A DNA stretch of 64,000 nucleotides, from positions 77,748,001 through 77,812,000 of the forward strand of contig OZ024742.1 of assembly GCA_964016885.1 (NCBI GenBank), in the 5' to 3' direction. Source of the DNA: Eledone cirrhosa (Eukaryota). Shown piece by piece: positions 1 to 13,417 of this stretch. The first letter of the stretch is position 1. Each line of letters opens with the position of its first letter. The notes beneath the pieces were generated by a model. It was given only the letters and a program-made list of their open reading frames with translations. It had not been told where the DNA came from and did no database searches. The translations under genes and the position numbers were made by a program.

Positions 1-3000
1 CTCTTTAGTGTTAGTGGGCGACAGGAACGGGATCTTAGATGCACGCTGGGATTGTGTGGGATTAGTGGATAGGGAAGGAGGGTGCAGGAGTCTCACCAAC
101 CTGCTCAGACGTTTTGAACTGTCTGACAGGTACCGAATGGATTTCCCGAATGTACCAATGTGTACTTGGACAAATCGCATAGGGTCATCCAGATCATATC
201 TAGATAGAGTATTTTGTAGGGAAATAGATAGGTTTAGCATAGGCTGTCCACAATTCAAGATAGTCAGCTACACGGACCTCAAATTCGTGATCTGTGTGCT
301 TGACTTAGATAGGTTTCATAGGCGAGGACCCGGCTACTGGAAGCTAAACGCGTCCTTGCCAGCGCGCAAGGCCTACAGAGACCGGATTAGCGAACTAGTT
401 AAGCGGGCGTTGACGGGAGCCATCGTCAACAACAAGTGATGGTTTGCTCTGAAAAGAGCAATTAGAATAGAGTCCATTAGGTTTAGTAAGACTTTAGCAA
501 TAGAGAAAAATAGAGCAGAGGGAGAATTAGTTAGAAAATTAGATGAGGCGCTTAGCAAAGGCATCGCGACCTACGTACTTGCGGCGAAATTGGCCCTTGA
601 CCAATTCTTCAATGCAAAGCACGAAGGCTGCGTTGTCAGAGCTAGGGTGCGTGCTCTCAGACACGAGGGGACGAAAGCCGTTCAATGGGCCCGAGTGGCG
701 GAGGCGCGTCGTGGCAACAAAGCCACGATCCGGACTTTAGTGTCTACCTCGACGGACTGCCGCGGCTTTCGGCCACTGAGGCGGAGTGTTGCGAAAAGCC
801 GATAACAACCGCTGAAGTACGGGATGCAATGACTAGATGCACAAGGGGTAAATCGCCTGGTTTGGATGGTCTGCCCTATGAACTTTACGTACAAATGCCA
901 AACTTGTTCGGGGGCCTCTTGGCGGACGTCTACTGCAAATGGCAACAGAACGGGAGAATTCCCAGCTCTGTGAGCCGAGGAGCGGTGGCGCTGCTGAGAA
1001 AGGATCCGAACAAGGGGGATAACATAGATAATTTTAGGCCCATAACTCTGCTAAACACAGAGTTCAAGATTTTGGCCAAGGTGCTAGCAAAGAGGTTGGC
1101 GCTTTTCGTTGGTGGTCTGGTGGGAGAGGCACAGACATGCGCCATTCCCGACAGATCCATTCACGACAACCTCAACCTCATGCGATACATCTTAGACAGG
1201 GTAGCTAGGGAACCTGGCACGGGTGGGTCTTTGATCAATTCAGATCAGTCAAAAGCCTTCGATAGGGTCGACTATCGTTACCTAGCGGCAGTCCTGAGGG
1301 CGGCTGGCTTTGGGCCCGTCTTCAGAGGCTGGATCGCTGCCTTGCACAGCGACATCTGCTCTGTAGTGAGAGTGAACGGTCACCTTTCGGAACCGTTCAA
1401 CATCATGCGCTCGGTCCGCCAAGGATGTCCCCTCTCGTCCCTATTGTACGTATTGACTCTCGAGCCATTACTGCACAAACTGGAGACGTTGAGGGGGGTC
1501 CCGCGCGAAGTAGGATGCGGAAGATCCGTGTCAACATATGCCGACGATGTCACCGTAGTGGTGTCGAACGCGAAACACATCGAGGCGATCGGCACTACAC
1601 TAAGAGAATACGAAGCGGTGACAGGAGCAATGATCAACCAGGAAAAGTCAGTGGGCCTGCAGCTCGGCACCTGGAGAGGCAGGTCCATGCCGTCCAACAG
1701 CGTCGTCGGGCGCTGGACGGACGGACCGGTTAAATTGCTAGGGGTCTGGTTCGGTCCAGACCTCCAGACGGACAAAAACTGGGACGAGGTGACGAGCAGG
1801 GTGGCTTCTCTCACCCAGAAATGGGCCGAGAGGAAGCTATCCCTGAAAGGTCGAGCGGAGGTGGCTAACGCGTACATCGCGTCCGTCATCTACTACCGCC
1901 TGACCGTCGTACCTTGTCCTAAGCCGCGTCTGACTGCGCTGGAGCGTTTGCTCTTTCGCTTCTTGTGGAAGGGACGCGCTCAGATGGTCAGGCGGTCCAT
2001 CTGCTGTCAACACCCGCTACGTGGAGGGCTGGGCATGCCGTGGCTGATGATGCGCAGACACGCGCTCAGGCTACGACAACTCCACCTCTTCCTCGACGGT
2101 GATCAGGTGTGGTCGCCGTTTGCTAGACACGTTTTTCCCCAGCTCGTCTCCTTGACGGAGCTGCAGTCCTGGGTCAAGCGAAGACCGAGAGGGAGCGCTT
2201 GGAGACTGGAATGTCTTCAGGCGCTCACAGCCCTCGACCAATCGGGCAATATGATCGGTGGAAACTCCACCTTGGCGTTCTATAGGGGATTAGTGGAGGG
2301 GACGAGCGACGACGTACTTGGAGAACTCTAGGCGTCGATGAAAATCAACTAGCCCATCTCTTCGGAAGGACTTTCGGACCGGGGCCTATGGACAACTTCC
2401 AGAAATCCCTGGCCTGGCAGTGCTACCGGGGTGCTTTGCCAGTTCGGGATAAACTTTACAGGCATGGAGGTGCCGACAGCCGTGCATGTCCGAGATGCGC
2501 ACAGGGCGACGAAACCGTCCTGCACGCACTCGTCCAGTGTCCGAGCATTGCTGACTTGTGGGTTTATGTCGAACACCTGCTGTCACGTGTAGGACGGATC
2601 CAGCTATCAGCTGAGTCCATCGTGAGGATTGCCCCGCCCTCTTCCTTTAGCCGGGAAGGGCAGGCAGTTTTTATCTGTCTGGTGGCCATGGCGAAAGAGA
2701 TAGTATGGTGGACACGTTTGTAAGGGCTGAAGACGAGCACTTACCTCTTCGGTGATGCCCTGATTAACTTTTTCAAATTTCATCTGAAAAGGAAAATCAG
2801 GGTAGAGAGGGAAGTGCTCTCTTCCCAGCATTTTGTTGAAAGATGGGTGAGAGAAGCAAGTATGGCCCGAATGAATGGGCCTTCTCTGAGTATGTCTGTA
2901 AATTAAAGGTGGAAAACTGGGAGAGGGCACTTGCCCTGGTGGTCAGGGCCACTGTGGTCTTTTAATGGGCTTTCTCCACAAATGTCCCTCGGAAGTCTCC

Positions 3001-3151
3001 CCCCCCCCCCTATTGGGGAATTTTTCTTTGTTATTTTATTTCATCCTCTGTTTTTTTTACACACAGAAATGCCCATTTGTACCGTCCTGTATTGTCCTGT
3101 ACTGTCCTTAATGTCTACTTTATGTAAACCCTTGTGGTTAATAAAGAAAAC
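1..3151 (+). mobile_element. Tx1/L1-clade LINE, ORF2 region and 3' UTR, disrupted
   Basis: APE endonuclease C-terminus (SYLDRVF, SYTDLK, GPGYWKLN), RT (GKSPGLDGLP, NFRPITLLN, DQSKAFDRV, VRQGCPLS, YADD) and zf-RVT (CPRC...ETVLHALVQC). Stops at 437-439, 2329-2331 and 2721-2723, with an internal deletion/frameshift near 740. AATAAA near 3140. Confidence 0.9.
740..2331 (+). pseudogene. Reverse transcriptase domain of the Tx1-like ORF2 (longest open segment)
   Basis: ORF 685-2331 carries all non-LTR RT motifs; LINE-like sequence starts at VYLDGLPRLS. Confidence 0.9.
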
Positions 3152-4496
3152 ATTATTATTATTATTATTATTATTGTACTTTGAGTCTCAGTCATTGATG
3201 TTATTTAACTGGAAAGTTTGTTGAAATGAATATCAAGCTGCTACCTGCAGCCTCAGATAATCAGGACGTATCGGAAGGTTCTTGTTGTTCCCAGCAAGCA
3301 TGCCTTTTGAAGTGTTCCAAATCGCGGGGCAGGACTAATCTACTTTAACCATCCTTGGAAACTCTTTGAGATAGTACCTAGTGCGCCTATGACAATCGGG
3401 ACGACCTTGATTTCATGTCAGTTCCAAATCCTTTTTAACTCCCACTTTAAATTATCGGTTAATTTTCTCTCTCTCCTTTTCTTGCACTCTCGTGTCAAAT
3501 GGGCAGGCTACATCTACAATCCGGCACGATCTTTCCTCCTCGTTCAAAACCACCAGGTCAGGCCTATTGTGTTCCAGTTCCTTGTCATCTGTATCCTAAA
3601 ATCCTACAGCACCTTCACCTGATCGTTTTCTATCACCGACTCTGGCTTATGCTCATACCACTTCTCAGAATGTGGTAAATTGTTTACTTTGCATAGATGC
3701 CAGTGGATTACTCTGTCTATCACATCATCTCTCCAGCCCTTATAGTGAGTCTGGGCTAGGTGTTTATACTCGGATACAATGTGAGCCACAGTCTCATCTC
3801 TCTCTCCACAGATCTTACTCAGTGAGCTATCCTCACCCTTGTAAATATGGTGTTTCACCCACTTCGTTCTTAGGGCTTCATCTTACGCAGCCATTAACAT
3901 TCCTTCTGTAGCTTTTTTAAGGTCTCCTCTTTTTAACCAGTTCCATTCTGTGGATCTCTAAATTCCGTTTTCTTAAAGAAGGTTCTATGAAGGGGTTTTT
4001 CATGAAGGTTCCTCTTCCTCCATGTTATTTCCTCCTTGGTCATCCTCTGGTGTATTGTCTTCTCCTTCAGTACAATTTTGAGCATTGGCTCCCTACTGTC
4101 AGTCACATATTTGTGCAGGTTGCTTTTCTCCATCTGAACACAGTCCTCTATGCTGATAAGACCTCTTCCACCTTCAGACCTATTTAAGTAGAGTCTATCA
4201 AAATCACTCCTCTTGTGGAACATGTTGTAGATAGTCAATAGCTTCCTAGTCTTCCTATCCATTTCTTTTTGTTCAGCAACATTCCATTTCAGAATTCCCG
4301 CACTGTACCTAATAATAGATACAGCTCTGGAATTCACTGCACTTATGACATTCCTATTTAGATGTGATTTTAATACGCTCCTTACTCTCCTTATGTACTC
4401 AGATCTGATCAATTCCTTCATTTCTTTGTTCTTGATGTGATCTGCCTCCAGAACACCTAAATATTTGTATCCGTCTTCAGTGTCAATGATCATCAC
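3152..4496 (-). mobile_element. Dong/R4-like RLE non-LTR retrotransposon, 5'-truncated, with (AAT)n tail
   Basis: YKYLGVLEAD, MFHKRSDFDRLYLNRSEGGRGL, KICGERDETVAHIVSE, KWYEHKPESV. The 3' UTR and protein closely match 63270-63880. (ATT)n at 3153-3175 is the tail on the minus strand. Confidence 0.88.
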
Positions 4497-4841
4497 CGTC
4501 GTTTTGTTCTACCTATGACAGAAGAGAGATAAATAATATGGATAAAGGGCAATAACCCAGAAATAATTTTGTTTTCTGATTGCGAATCCCTTAGATGTCT
4601 TCTTTTGACTTTCATTCTCCAAGAGTCAATGAAACGTGCCAGTCACGTAAAGGGGTAGATATACTTACTTTTCCCTCCATACAAACTGGTGGCCTGGCGC
4701 CTGATTTAGAAATCCATACTATAACATTTAAAGTTATTGAAATTGGAGGTGTGATGTTTAAATTAAGAAACAGAAACAACAATGTCGGACAGCAATAGAA
4801 TACGCACACGTATAACTATATATGTGTGTGTGGGGGGGATA

Positions 4842-4884
<43 letters not shown>

Positions 4885-5418
4885 ATATATGTATATATAA
4901 TACAGAGTTGTAGTTTGCTTGAATCATTGTTGAATAGGAAACACTAATTTAAATAATTTTGAAAACTATACAATGCATTCGATTGAAAATCAAGATTGCT
5001 AAGATAACAAAAGTATCTTACATTTGTAAGGGAGTAACGAGTGATTGATCGATCGATATTTTAAGTTTCTCATAGGTTACTCCCTTGATAATGGGTTTTT
5101 AAACCCGAAAATACTTGGGATCATGAAATCTCCAAAGGTAAGATTCTTTTGTTATATAAGCAATCTTGATTTTCATTCTAATGCATTGTATGGTTTTCAT
5201 AATTATTTCAATTGGTGGTTTATATATATCCAAAATTAAATTAAGGGCGTCATGTCCGAAAGACTAGCGATTAATCATTTTAAAAGGTATCTATATTTGA
5301 AGTTCTAGTTAAACATTAATTAGTGTGTGCTCACATACATTACAAATTATCCTCTGTGATTATTTCATGTGTTTATTTTAGATATATATATGTCAATCAA
5401 TTTCTAGTTGATATATAT

Positions 5419-8400
5419 GGTGACTGAGAGGCGGGGGGAGAATGAGCACCCCAGTCGGACAGACATATCGTTAACAGACCCAAACAATGGACAACGGACT
5501 ATGAGGAAGAAGTGTACATGCGGTAAAGTCTGCAAGAACATCCACGGCCTAAAGATACACCGAGCGAGGATGAAGTGCCCGTTGGGAGCAGAAATATCAC
5601 ATCGCTCAGGTGTCCAACCTGGTGAGACGCAGGAGGAGCCAGGCACGGAGTCACCCCAAAGTGCCCGGAACCTCCAAGTGGTGGTAACTAATCCCCTGAC
5701 CATCAAATCTGACAGGAGGCGGATCAAATGGCCAGCAGCTAGCATGATCTCACTGTGGAAGCAGTTCGATGATGATGTCGACCAAATTCTGGAGGCAACT
5801 ATAAAGGGGAGGCTGACAGGAGGCTACAAGCTATGACAACAATCATTGTGAGTTCCGCAGCTGGACGATTGGGCGAGGAGGAGAAGAAAAGCTCTGGAAC
5901 AACTTACTAAAAGAATCAAAGAGCTGTTAGCATCCAAAACATCAGGCAGGATATGAAGGCACTGAAGTCCCAATACAAGGCCGGAGATGAGGAACGCATT
6001 GGCCTGGGCCAGCTAATGTGCAGCCTACGGGAAAAGATCAGGGTTCTCCGCCGGGCTGAATGGCACCGAGGCAGCGCCGTGAGAGGGCGCGCAAGCGTGC
6101 TGCCTTTCTCTCCAACCCCTTCACGTTCACTAAGGATTTGTTGGGGCAGAAGCCCAGTGGTAAACTTGCCTCCTCACAGGAAGACATAAACCGGCATCTG
6201 AAGAAGACGTACAGCGACCCCGCAAGAGAGCAGGAGTAGGGAGAGTGTAACATCCTCATAGATCCCCCTGAACCAGAGGTTCAGTTTGACATGACAGAGC
6301 TGCAGCTAAAAGATGTCGGAGAGGTTGTCCGCAGAACAAGGCCAAACTCTGCTCCAAGTCCAAGTGGCACTTCATACAAAGTGTCTAAGAACTGTCCCAA
6401 ACTTCTGCTGCGTCTGTGGAAAATCCCGCGAGTCTTCTGGAGAAGAGGGAGGACCCCAGAATAATGGAGAGTAGCTGAGGGCGTGTGGATCCCGAAGGAG
6501 GAAAACTCCACCCAGATAGATCAATTCCGCATCATCTACCTGCTGTGTGTGGAGGCAAAGATCTTCTTCAGCATTGTTTCCAAATGGCTGTGTACCTACC
6601 TGGATCAGAGCTCCTACATCGATAAATATGTACAGAAGGGTGGCATTTCGGGAATGCCAGGCTCTCTGGAGCATACCGGTGTGGTAACACAGCTCATTCG
6701 AGGGGAAAGAGAGGACAGGGGTAACCTATCTGTTCTGTGACTTGACCTGGCAAATGCATTCGGTTCCATTCCACACAAGCTGGTACAGCTCACGTTGGCA
6801 AAACATCATGTCCCAAGCAGGTGTAGAGACCTCCTCGCTGATTACTACACCAATTTCAGGATGAAGGTCTCTTCGAGAGCAATAACATCACGCTGACACA
6901 AGGTAGAAATTAGCATCATCATGGGGTGCACTATATCTGTGACACTATCTCTGTGACACTATTCTCCCTAGCCATGAACATGATTACCAAGTCTGCTAAA
7001 CCATAGTGCAGAGAGCTCCTATCACAATCCGGACAAAGGTAACCACCCATTAGCGCGTTCATGGAAGACTTCACAGTCATGACAGATTCAGCTCCAGGCT
7101 GCCAATGGATTCTGCAGGGACTCGAAAAGGTGATGGAGTGGGCCCGGATGCGTTTCAAACCAACCAAATCAAGATCTATCGTGCTGAGGAAAGGGAAGGT
7201 GGAGGACAAGTTCCGGTTTAACATCTCAGCAACAGCCATTCCAACAATCACAACAGAGAAGCCAGTCAAGAGCTTGGGAAATGTATTCGACAGCTCATTT
7301 AGAGATACAACATCTATCCTGTCGGCCTGGATGGCTGGCTGAAATCCGTGGACAAGTCAGGCCTACCTGGGAAGTTCAAAGCCTGGGTCTACCAACACGG
7401 CATTCTTCTCAGGATCCTGTGGCCCCTCCTTGTCTATGCAGTCCCCATCTCAACAGTGGAGACCTTAGACAGGAAGCTCAGCAGCCACCTCCGGAGATGG
7501 CTTGGGTTGCCAAGGAGCCTGAGCAGCATCGCGCTCTATGGTAACAACACTAAACTGCAATTGCCCTTCAAATCATTGGAGGAGGAGTTCAAGGTGGCAA
7601 GAGCCAGAGAAGTGGTGCAGTACAGGGACTCTTGTGATCCGAAGGTGGCTAAAAAAGGGATCCAAGTGAGGACTGGCAGGAAGTGGAGGGCAGATTACGC
7701 AGTTCAAGAGGGAGAGGCAAGGCTGCGCCAAAGGAGACTTGTGGGAGTGGTCACACGAGGCAGTGTTGGGCTAGGCTCCTTTCAGATTCCCTAAACGAAC
7801 ACCAGCGGGAGGAAGGGCGCCGCCTTGTTCAGGAGGAGGTGAGAGCTGCTGTGGAGGAAATGAGAACTTCCAAGGCAGTAGGAATGAAGCAACAGGAAGC
7901 TTGGACAAGCTTGGACAGCTGAGCTGTGGAAAGTGGAGCCTTACCGCATTAAATTCCTCATCTAGGCAGTGTACGATGTGCTTCCAAGCCCATCAAACGT
8001 GCACACATGGGGCATAGCAGAGACACCAGCATGTGCGTTACGCTCCAAGGAAGGAACCCTGGAACACATCGTCAGCTGCTGCACAAGGGCACTTTGAGAG
8101 GGACGGTACTGCTGGATGCATGACCAAGTCCTTAAGACCATCGCTGAAGCCACCAGCGCAGGACTTGTGGGGGCGATGCGGTTCCGACCCTCCAAGAAAA
8201 CCATCGCCTTTGTCAGAACTGGGGAGCAGCCAACCCCTGCCAGGAAGAAAAACGTCGGTGGGCATCCTCACATCTGCAAGAGACTGGCAGCTATTGGTGG
8301 ATCTTGAGCATCAGCTGAAGTTCCCTGGCCATATTGTGGTCACCACCCTACGACCAGACATTGTCCTCGTGTCTGAGTCCACCAAGCAAGTAGTGCTGCT

Positions 8401-8862
8401 GGAGTTGACTATCCCATGGGAAGATCGCCTGGAAGAAGCCTTTCTGTGAAAGCTCTCCAAGTACGCGGTTCTGGTCAGTGACTGTCAGCGGGCTGGTTGG
8501 AGAGTGAGGTGTCTCCCAGTGGAGGTTGGATGCAGGGGTTTCACAGCACGTTCCCTGACAAGAGCCTTCAGTAGTTTGGGCATCGAAGGAGTGAGAAGGA
8601 GGAAGGCCATCCGTAGTACCAGCGATGTGGCAGAGAGAGCCTCAAGATGGCTGTGGATCAAAAGAAGAGAGCCATTGAGTCATGGTAGCTAGCTGGCCAT
8701 CTGGACACAAGCTGAGGTCTGATCAGCCCCAGCTTGGTCACCTGGAGAAGGGTGTATGATGTTGAAAGACCCGAAACATGATGTTGAAACACCCGATGAT
8801 ACCAGGCACATCAGTGAAGATGTGTCCAGACGCATCAGTCATAGATGTATGCACACAACGAA
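5419..8862 (+). mobile_element. HERO-like RLE non-LTR retrotransposon, near full length, many stops and frameshifts
   Basis: N-terminal zinc finger CTCGKVCKNIHGLKIH; RT (QKGGISGMPG, DLANAFGSIPH, FMEDFT); thumb (LPGKFKAWVYQHG); CCHC remnant (GTLEHIVSCC); RLE (LRPDIVLVSE...LLELTIPWE). The 3' UTR ends at a (TA)n tract. Confidence 0.85.
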
Positions 8863-8890
8863 TATATATATATATGTACTTATATATATA

Positions 8891-8967
<77 letters not shown>

Positions 8968-9078
8968 CGTTATTCCGGGTTGAATCTCATCTATATATAT
9001 ATATATTATATATATATATATATTATATATATATATATATTATATATATATATTATATATATATATATTATATATATA

Positions 9079-9160
<82 letters not shown>

Positions 9161-9175
9161 ACTTATATATATATA
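8862..9175. repeat. (TA)n microsatellite, interrupted
   Basis: Direct reading. Confidence 0.95.
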
Positions 9176-9304
9176 TTCGTTGTGTGCATACATCTATGAC
9201 TGGTGCCTCTGGACACATCTTCACTGATGTGCCTGGTATCATCGGGTGTTTCGGGTCTTTCAACATCATACACCCTTCTTCAGGTGACCCAGCTGGGGCT
9301 GATC
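9174..9304 (-). mobile_element. Second HERO-like copy, 3' UTR only
   Basis: Reverse complement of about 8721-8865 with a few substitutions; it lacks the short duplication (tgatgttgaaaca) of the plus-strand copy. Confidence 0.9.
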
Positions 9305-9552
9305 TACCAACATTAGTCTTTTTTATTTCTAATATTTCTAAACTTTCTAAGTATTTGACTCTAACCATAATTTTCAGTATTACCTCCCCACATAAATTCC
9401 TCAATTTGTATGTGTGGATGTGTGTGTGTGTCTGTGGAGGTGGGTGTGAGAGTATGTGCAAGTTAACCAACATAAGTCTTTTTATATGTAAATGTTCTAG
9501 TATTCTACTATAACCATAATTTCCAGTAGTACCACCCCACATAAATTCCTCA

Positions 9553-9950
9553 ATTTAAGATTGACCTGTAGTATCGAATTTCATACTATAAACCTCAATT
9601 GAATATATATATGACCAGGAATGCTTTTTGTGAAAATCAGTCATATGGAACTATTGTCATCTTGCCTGACGGTTTGAACTTTACAACACCACCTGCCTCT
9701 TTGAGGTCAAATACCAACCCTACTAGCATCTACAAACTGACCAATGAACATTAAGATTATTCCTGCTGACAACATTAAATTATTTCTAACAAGCTCATAT
9801 GTCCCAAGGGTCTGATACCATCAACACCATCAACACAGAGCTGGCATATCTAAGAACTGACTAACTGCCTGATGAGGTCATAGCCATTCAATGGCTATCA
9901 TCGAAATATATATAGCAGTAAATAAAGGATTATGAGTTCTTGCAATTGAT
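9553..9950 (+). mobile_element. PLE pLTR-like non-coding element with hammerhead
   Basis: Inverted, diverged copy at 13418-13814; contains an HHR. Confidence 0.75.
9864..9919 (+). ncRNA. Type I hammerhead ribozyme, canonical core
   Basis: ACTGC CTGATGA GGTCATAGCCAT-TCA-ATGGCTATCATC GAAA TATATAT A GCAGT: 5-bp stem I, long stem II, palindromic stem III, AUA cleavage triplet. Confidence 0.9.
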
Positions 9951-9960
9951 TTATGTTCAG

Positions 9961-10000
<40 letters not shown>

Positions 10001-10004
10001 CATA

Positions 10005-10934
10005 GGGTCATCAATGAGGTGGGTGACTGGGCTTGCCTTCAGTCACACCTACTGGCTGTTATCCAATGGGCAGAAAAGAATAATAGGCTGTTGAATGAGG
10101 ATAAGTTTGAATTAATCCACTTTGGAAAAAATAATGCACTGATACTACCACACTCTCTTCGTTCGGGTGAAACTCTAGTGGCAACCAACAACATGAGAGA
10201 CCTGGGAGTAATTTTGGACAACAACATCAGCTGGGCCATTCATATAAACAGCAAAGTTGACATGGCCCGCAGAATTTGTTCCTGGATTCTCAGAACCACA
10301 CTGTTATCCTTCTCTTCTCCACGTTTGCCCGACCCCACCTTGAATACTGTTGTGCACTGTGGTCTCTCCACACGAAAAAAAGTATCATGAAAGTTGAAGC
10401 ACCTCAAAGGTCAATTACAAAAAAGATAGATGGCATGACAGACCTTCACTATTGGAGTCGATTAGAAAAGCTCAAACTTTATTCTATCCAACGTCACTGT
10501 GAGCGCTACATTATCTGCATGATGTGGAAAATATTTCATCAGCTTTGCCCAAACGATGTTGGCATCACCTTTAATGTACACCCAAGGCTTGGGCCCCGTG
10601 CTAATCTGCCCACGACAAAAATCTCACTCACATCTCATAACAACATTATGGCACAATTATTTCTCAATTGGCCCTGCTCTCTTTAACATTACACCAGAAC
10701 ACATCAAAACAGAAACAGGCCCCATCAAGTTCAAGAAGTATTTGGACAAATTCCTGCAAGAAATCCCAGATAAGCCTCCTACACTCGGATATGCCTCCGT
10801 AAACATTAAATATCTGCTCGAGTGAGCCATGGTGCCCAAACCCTGATTTGTAAAACTTCGCCAGGTGGTGCTATTAAGTTAGACATGGCCTGGGCCAATA
10901 CTGGCCGAAAACTATCAAAGTTATCAAAGTTATA
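10005..10934 (+). mobile_element. CR1-group LINE 3' fragment
   Basis: RT C-terminus (QWAEKNN..LNEDK, RDLGVILD, RPHLEYC, LEKLKLYSIQR) with frameshifts; short tandem tail (tatcaaagt)x2. Confidence 0.8.
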
Positions 10935-11817
10935 CATATATATATGTATAACTTTGAGTGCGTGTGTAGTAGTGAACAATAGTTACATTTGGAGAAATAT
11001 GCTGAAGATTACATAACAGTAGAAATATAAATAGAGAAATGTTTGATGAATAGTTAGTGAGGGTAAAAAGAAAGCGACACATGGAGAAAAGGGAGATATG
11101 GGAAGGTAAAGAAAATTAATGGAATTCATGAGAGCGGTAAAGAGACACATGAGAACAATATTCGGTGACAAGGAAATTTATTGATACATATAAATTCTTC
11201 ACTCCTAATTAAATTGTACTTTGTACTTGAAGCATTCACTGTATTTATATTGAGTAAAATGGCGGTTCTGCTAGAATCTAGAATCTTATTATCGATTTCA
11301 CCCTGTGATTATACTGTGATGAAAATTTTCACAAAGTGCAGTACGCTCCCGAACATAATGTCTATTGTTGGATAATTGTGGTATGATTAAAGTAAGTCTA
11401 ACGTAGGCTTCATTTTGATTGGGCATAGATGTGGAAACAGTGATTACACATTATATTCATATTATGTTCGAAAGGCTTAATTCGAATTGCAACGAGAGTA
11501 TTTCCAAGACATTCAACATTAAATTATGTATGTGTATGTATTACACACACACACACACACACACACCCATGTCTATATATATACGAGTTTGTGTGTGTGT
11601 GTGTGTGTGTCTGTGTGTGTATATATATATGTATGTATGTATGTACGTATGTATATATACATATATATACATAACCAAATCCAAGTTCCAGACTTAACCA
11701 CATCTAGTAGCAGGAATATATGAAAAAATTAATTATAATATTCAGAAATATTACACTACACCGACATACATACACATACAATTAGACGCAATCCATCTCC
11801 CACGCAAATATATATAC

Positions 11818-11889
<72 letters not shown>

Positions 11890-11897
11890 GACTTTAG

Positions 11898-12063
11898 GAA
11901 GTAAGTTAATTTTTAAATTTCTTTTTAATTTTCTTATTTTACGTCTTTCATATTATTGTTCTGCATCCTCCTGCATTGAACCACTTAGGTACTATGACAT
12001 AACTTATGTATTTGCTAGCATTAGTGTACATCTGTACGCATATGTTGGTAGATATACTAATTC

Positions 12064-12066
<3 letters not shown>
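11898..12066 (+). mobile_element. PLE tail fragment, same family as 34446-35375
   Basis: Similar to about 34800-34950; includes the hairpin GTTC TGCA..TGCA TT GAAC at 11958-11981; lies between (TA)n tracts. Confidence 0.7.
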
Positions 12067-12116
<50 letters not shown>

Positions 12117-12121
<5 letters not shown>

Positions 12122-12266
12122 CAAATCTAGCAAGCTTTAAGAATAAATTTTCTAACAGTGTTTGATAAATAGTGAACGGAGTTAACGCGAACTAGCTGCG
12201 GTCAATTATTTGTCGGAGATTTCCCTGTTAGAAAATTTATTCTTAAAGCTTGCTAGATTTGATTAT
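12117..12266. repeat. 42-bp inverted repeat, probable PLE 5' inversion
   Basis: 12117-12158 is the reverse complement of 12225-12266; it abuts (TA)n; a bulged hairpin follows at 12354-12395. Confidence 0.8.
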
Positions 12267-12467
12267 GTATATGGTTAATTATGCTGATTAGAAGAAGAAA
12301 TAGTATATATTTTAATATCTGATTGATTCTATAGACATGAGTTATGATATAATGCTCTGATTTTTTTATTTTAATTTATTAATTCTTCATTGAGCTTAAA
12401 CGTGAACAGTTGCAACACATATATGTATCCTTGATTTAATTTAATTTAATTTTATGTATGTGATAAC

Positions 12468-12522
<55 letters not shown>

Positions 12523-12688
12523 CAAAATTAAGATAAATTAAATGAATTCAATCTAAATCGAAATTGTGGGTGTCATGCCTTAACGGAATGCGCCTTATCG
12601 CCCGGTAAATAAGCTCAAAGACTTTGTAGGTGCGAGCATTTTATAATAACTAGGAATTTATTTATATATATGTTGATCAATTCCTAGT

Positions 12689-12728
<40 letters not shown>

Positions 12729-12960
12729 GAAGTGGTTAAACAACAATTAGTTCACCATACTGAGAACAATTGTTTCACATTAGCGGATCCTCAGCTCGTA
12801 ATGGACATGGTTATACGCTGTTCCGTATAACCATGTCCATTACGAGCTGAGGATCCGCTAACGTGAAACAATTGTTCTCGGTATGGTGAACTAACTGTTG
12901 TGTAACCACTTCAACCTAACTCGTCCCATGGACTGAGTGCTCTACCACTACGGATAATTA
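12729..12960 (+). mobile_element. Mini fold-back PLE derivative: 89-bp arms, 6-nt loop, HHR-like motif in each arm, plus tail
   Basis: 12729-12817 vs 12824-12912. CGAG CTGAGGA TCCGCTAACGT GAAA CAATTGT T CTCG at 12843-12880 (stem II weak). Confidence 0.75.
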
Positions 12961-12976
12961 TATATATATATACATA

Positions 12977-13041
12977 AAGGGCGGTGCCCCAGCATGGCCT
13001 CAGCCGGATGGCTGAAACAGGTAAAAGAGTAAAAGAGTAAT
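12977..13041 (+). mobile_element. SINE 3' end, octopus type
   Basis: gggcggtgccccagcatggcc...gctgaaacaggtaaaagagtaaaagag resembles a cephalopod SINE tail (recognised from memory). Confidence 0.6.
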
Positions 13042-13417
13042 ACATCTATAATTATATATATATATATATATACATCCTTTATGTAAGCGGACAGTAAATG
13101 ACTTATGGGGCCGCAGAAACCCAAATACTGGATTTTACCATCTCTCCAGGGGTCCGGGTAAATTTTCAACCTATATATTTTTATATATTTTTATATTTGT
13201 ATATCTGTTTGACCCGAATTAGACAGTCTTTTTTTCGCTGTGCGGATGATTAGTTTAACCACCATCTCAGTGTGTTTGGCCTTTAACGTAAGTTGTAGCT
13301 CTAATTCATATGAATTATCGAAGGCTCCCCACACAACTCGGAAGTGTTTTTCGTTAATTCCTGAGCTGAAATTCGATTCTCGCTAATTTTTACTTATATA
13401 TAGTGACGAAAGATAAG

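Noticed and set aside
4595-4798. Short ORF after a possible splice acceptor as a host exon
   Set aside because: No recognisable domain, no convincing donor site and no partner exons.
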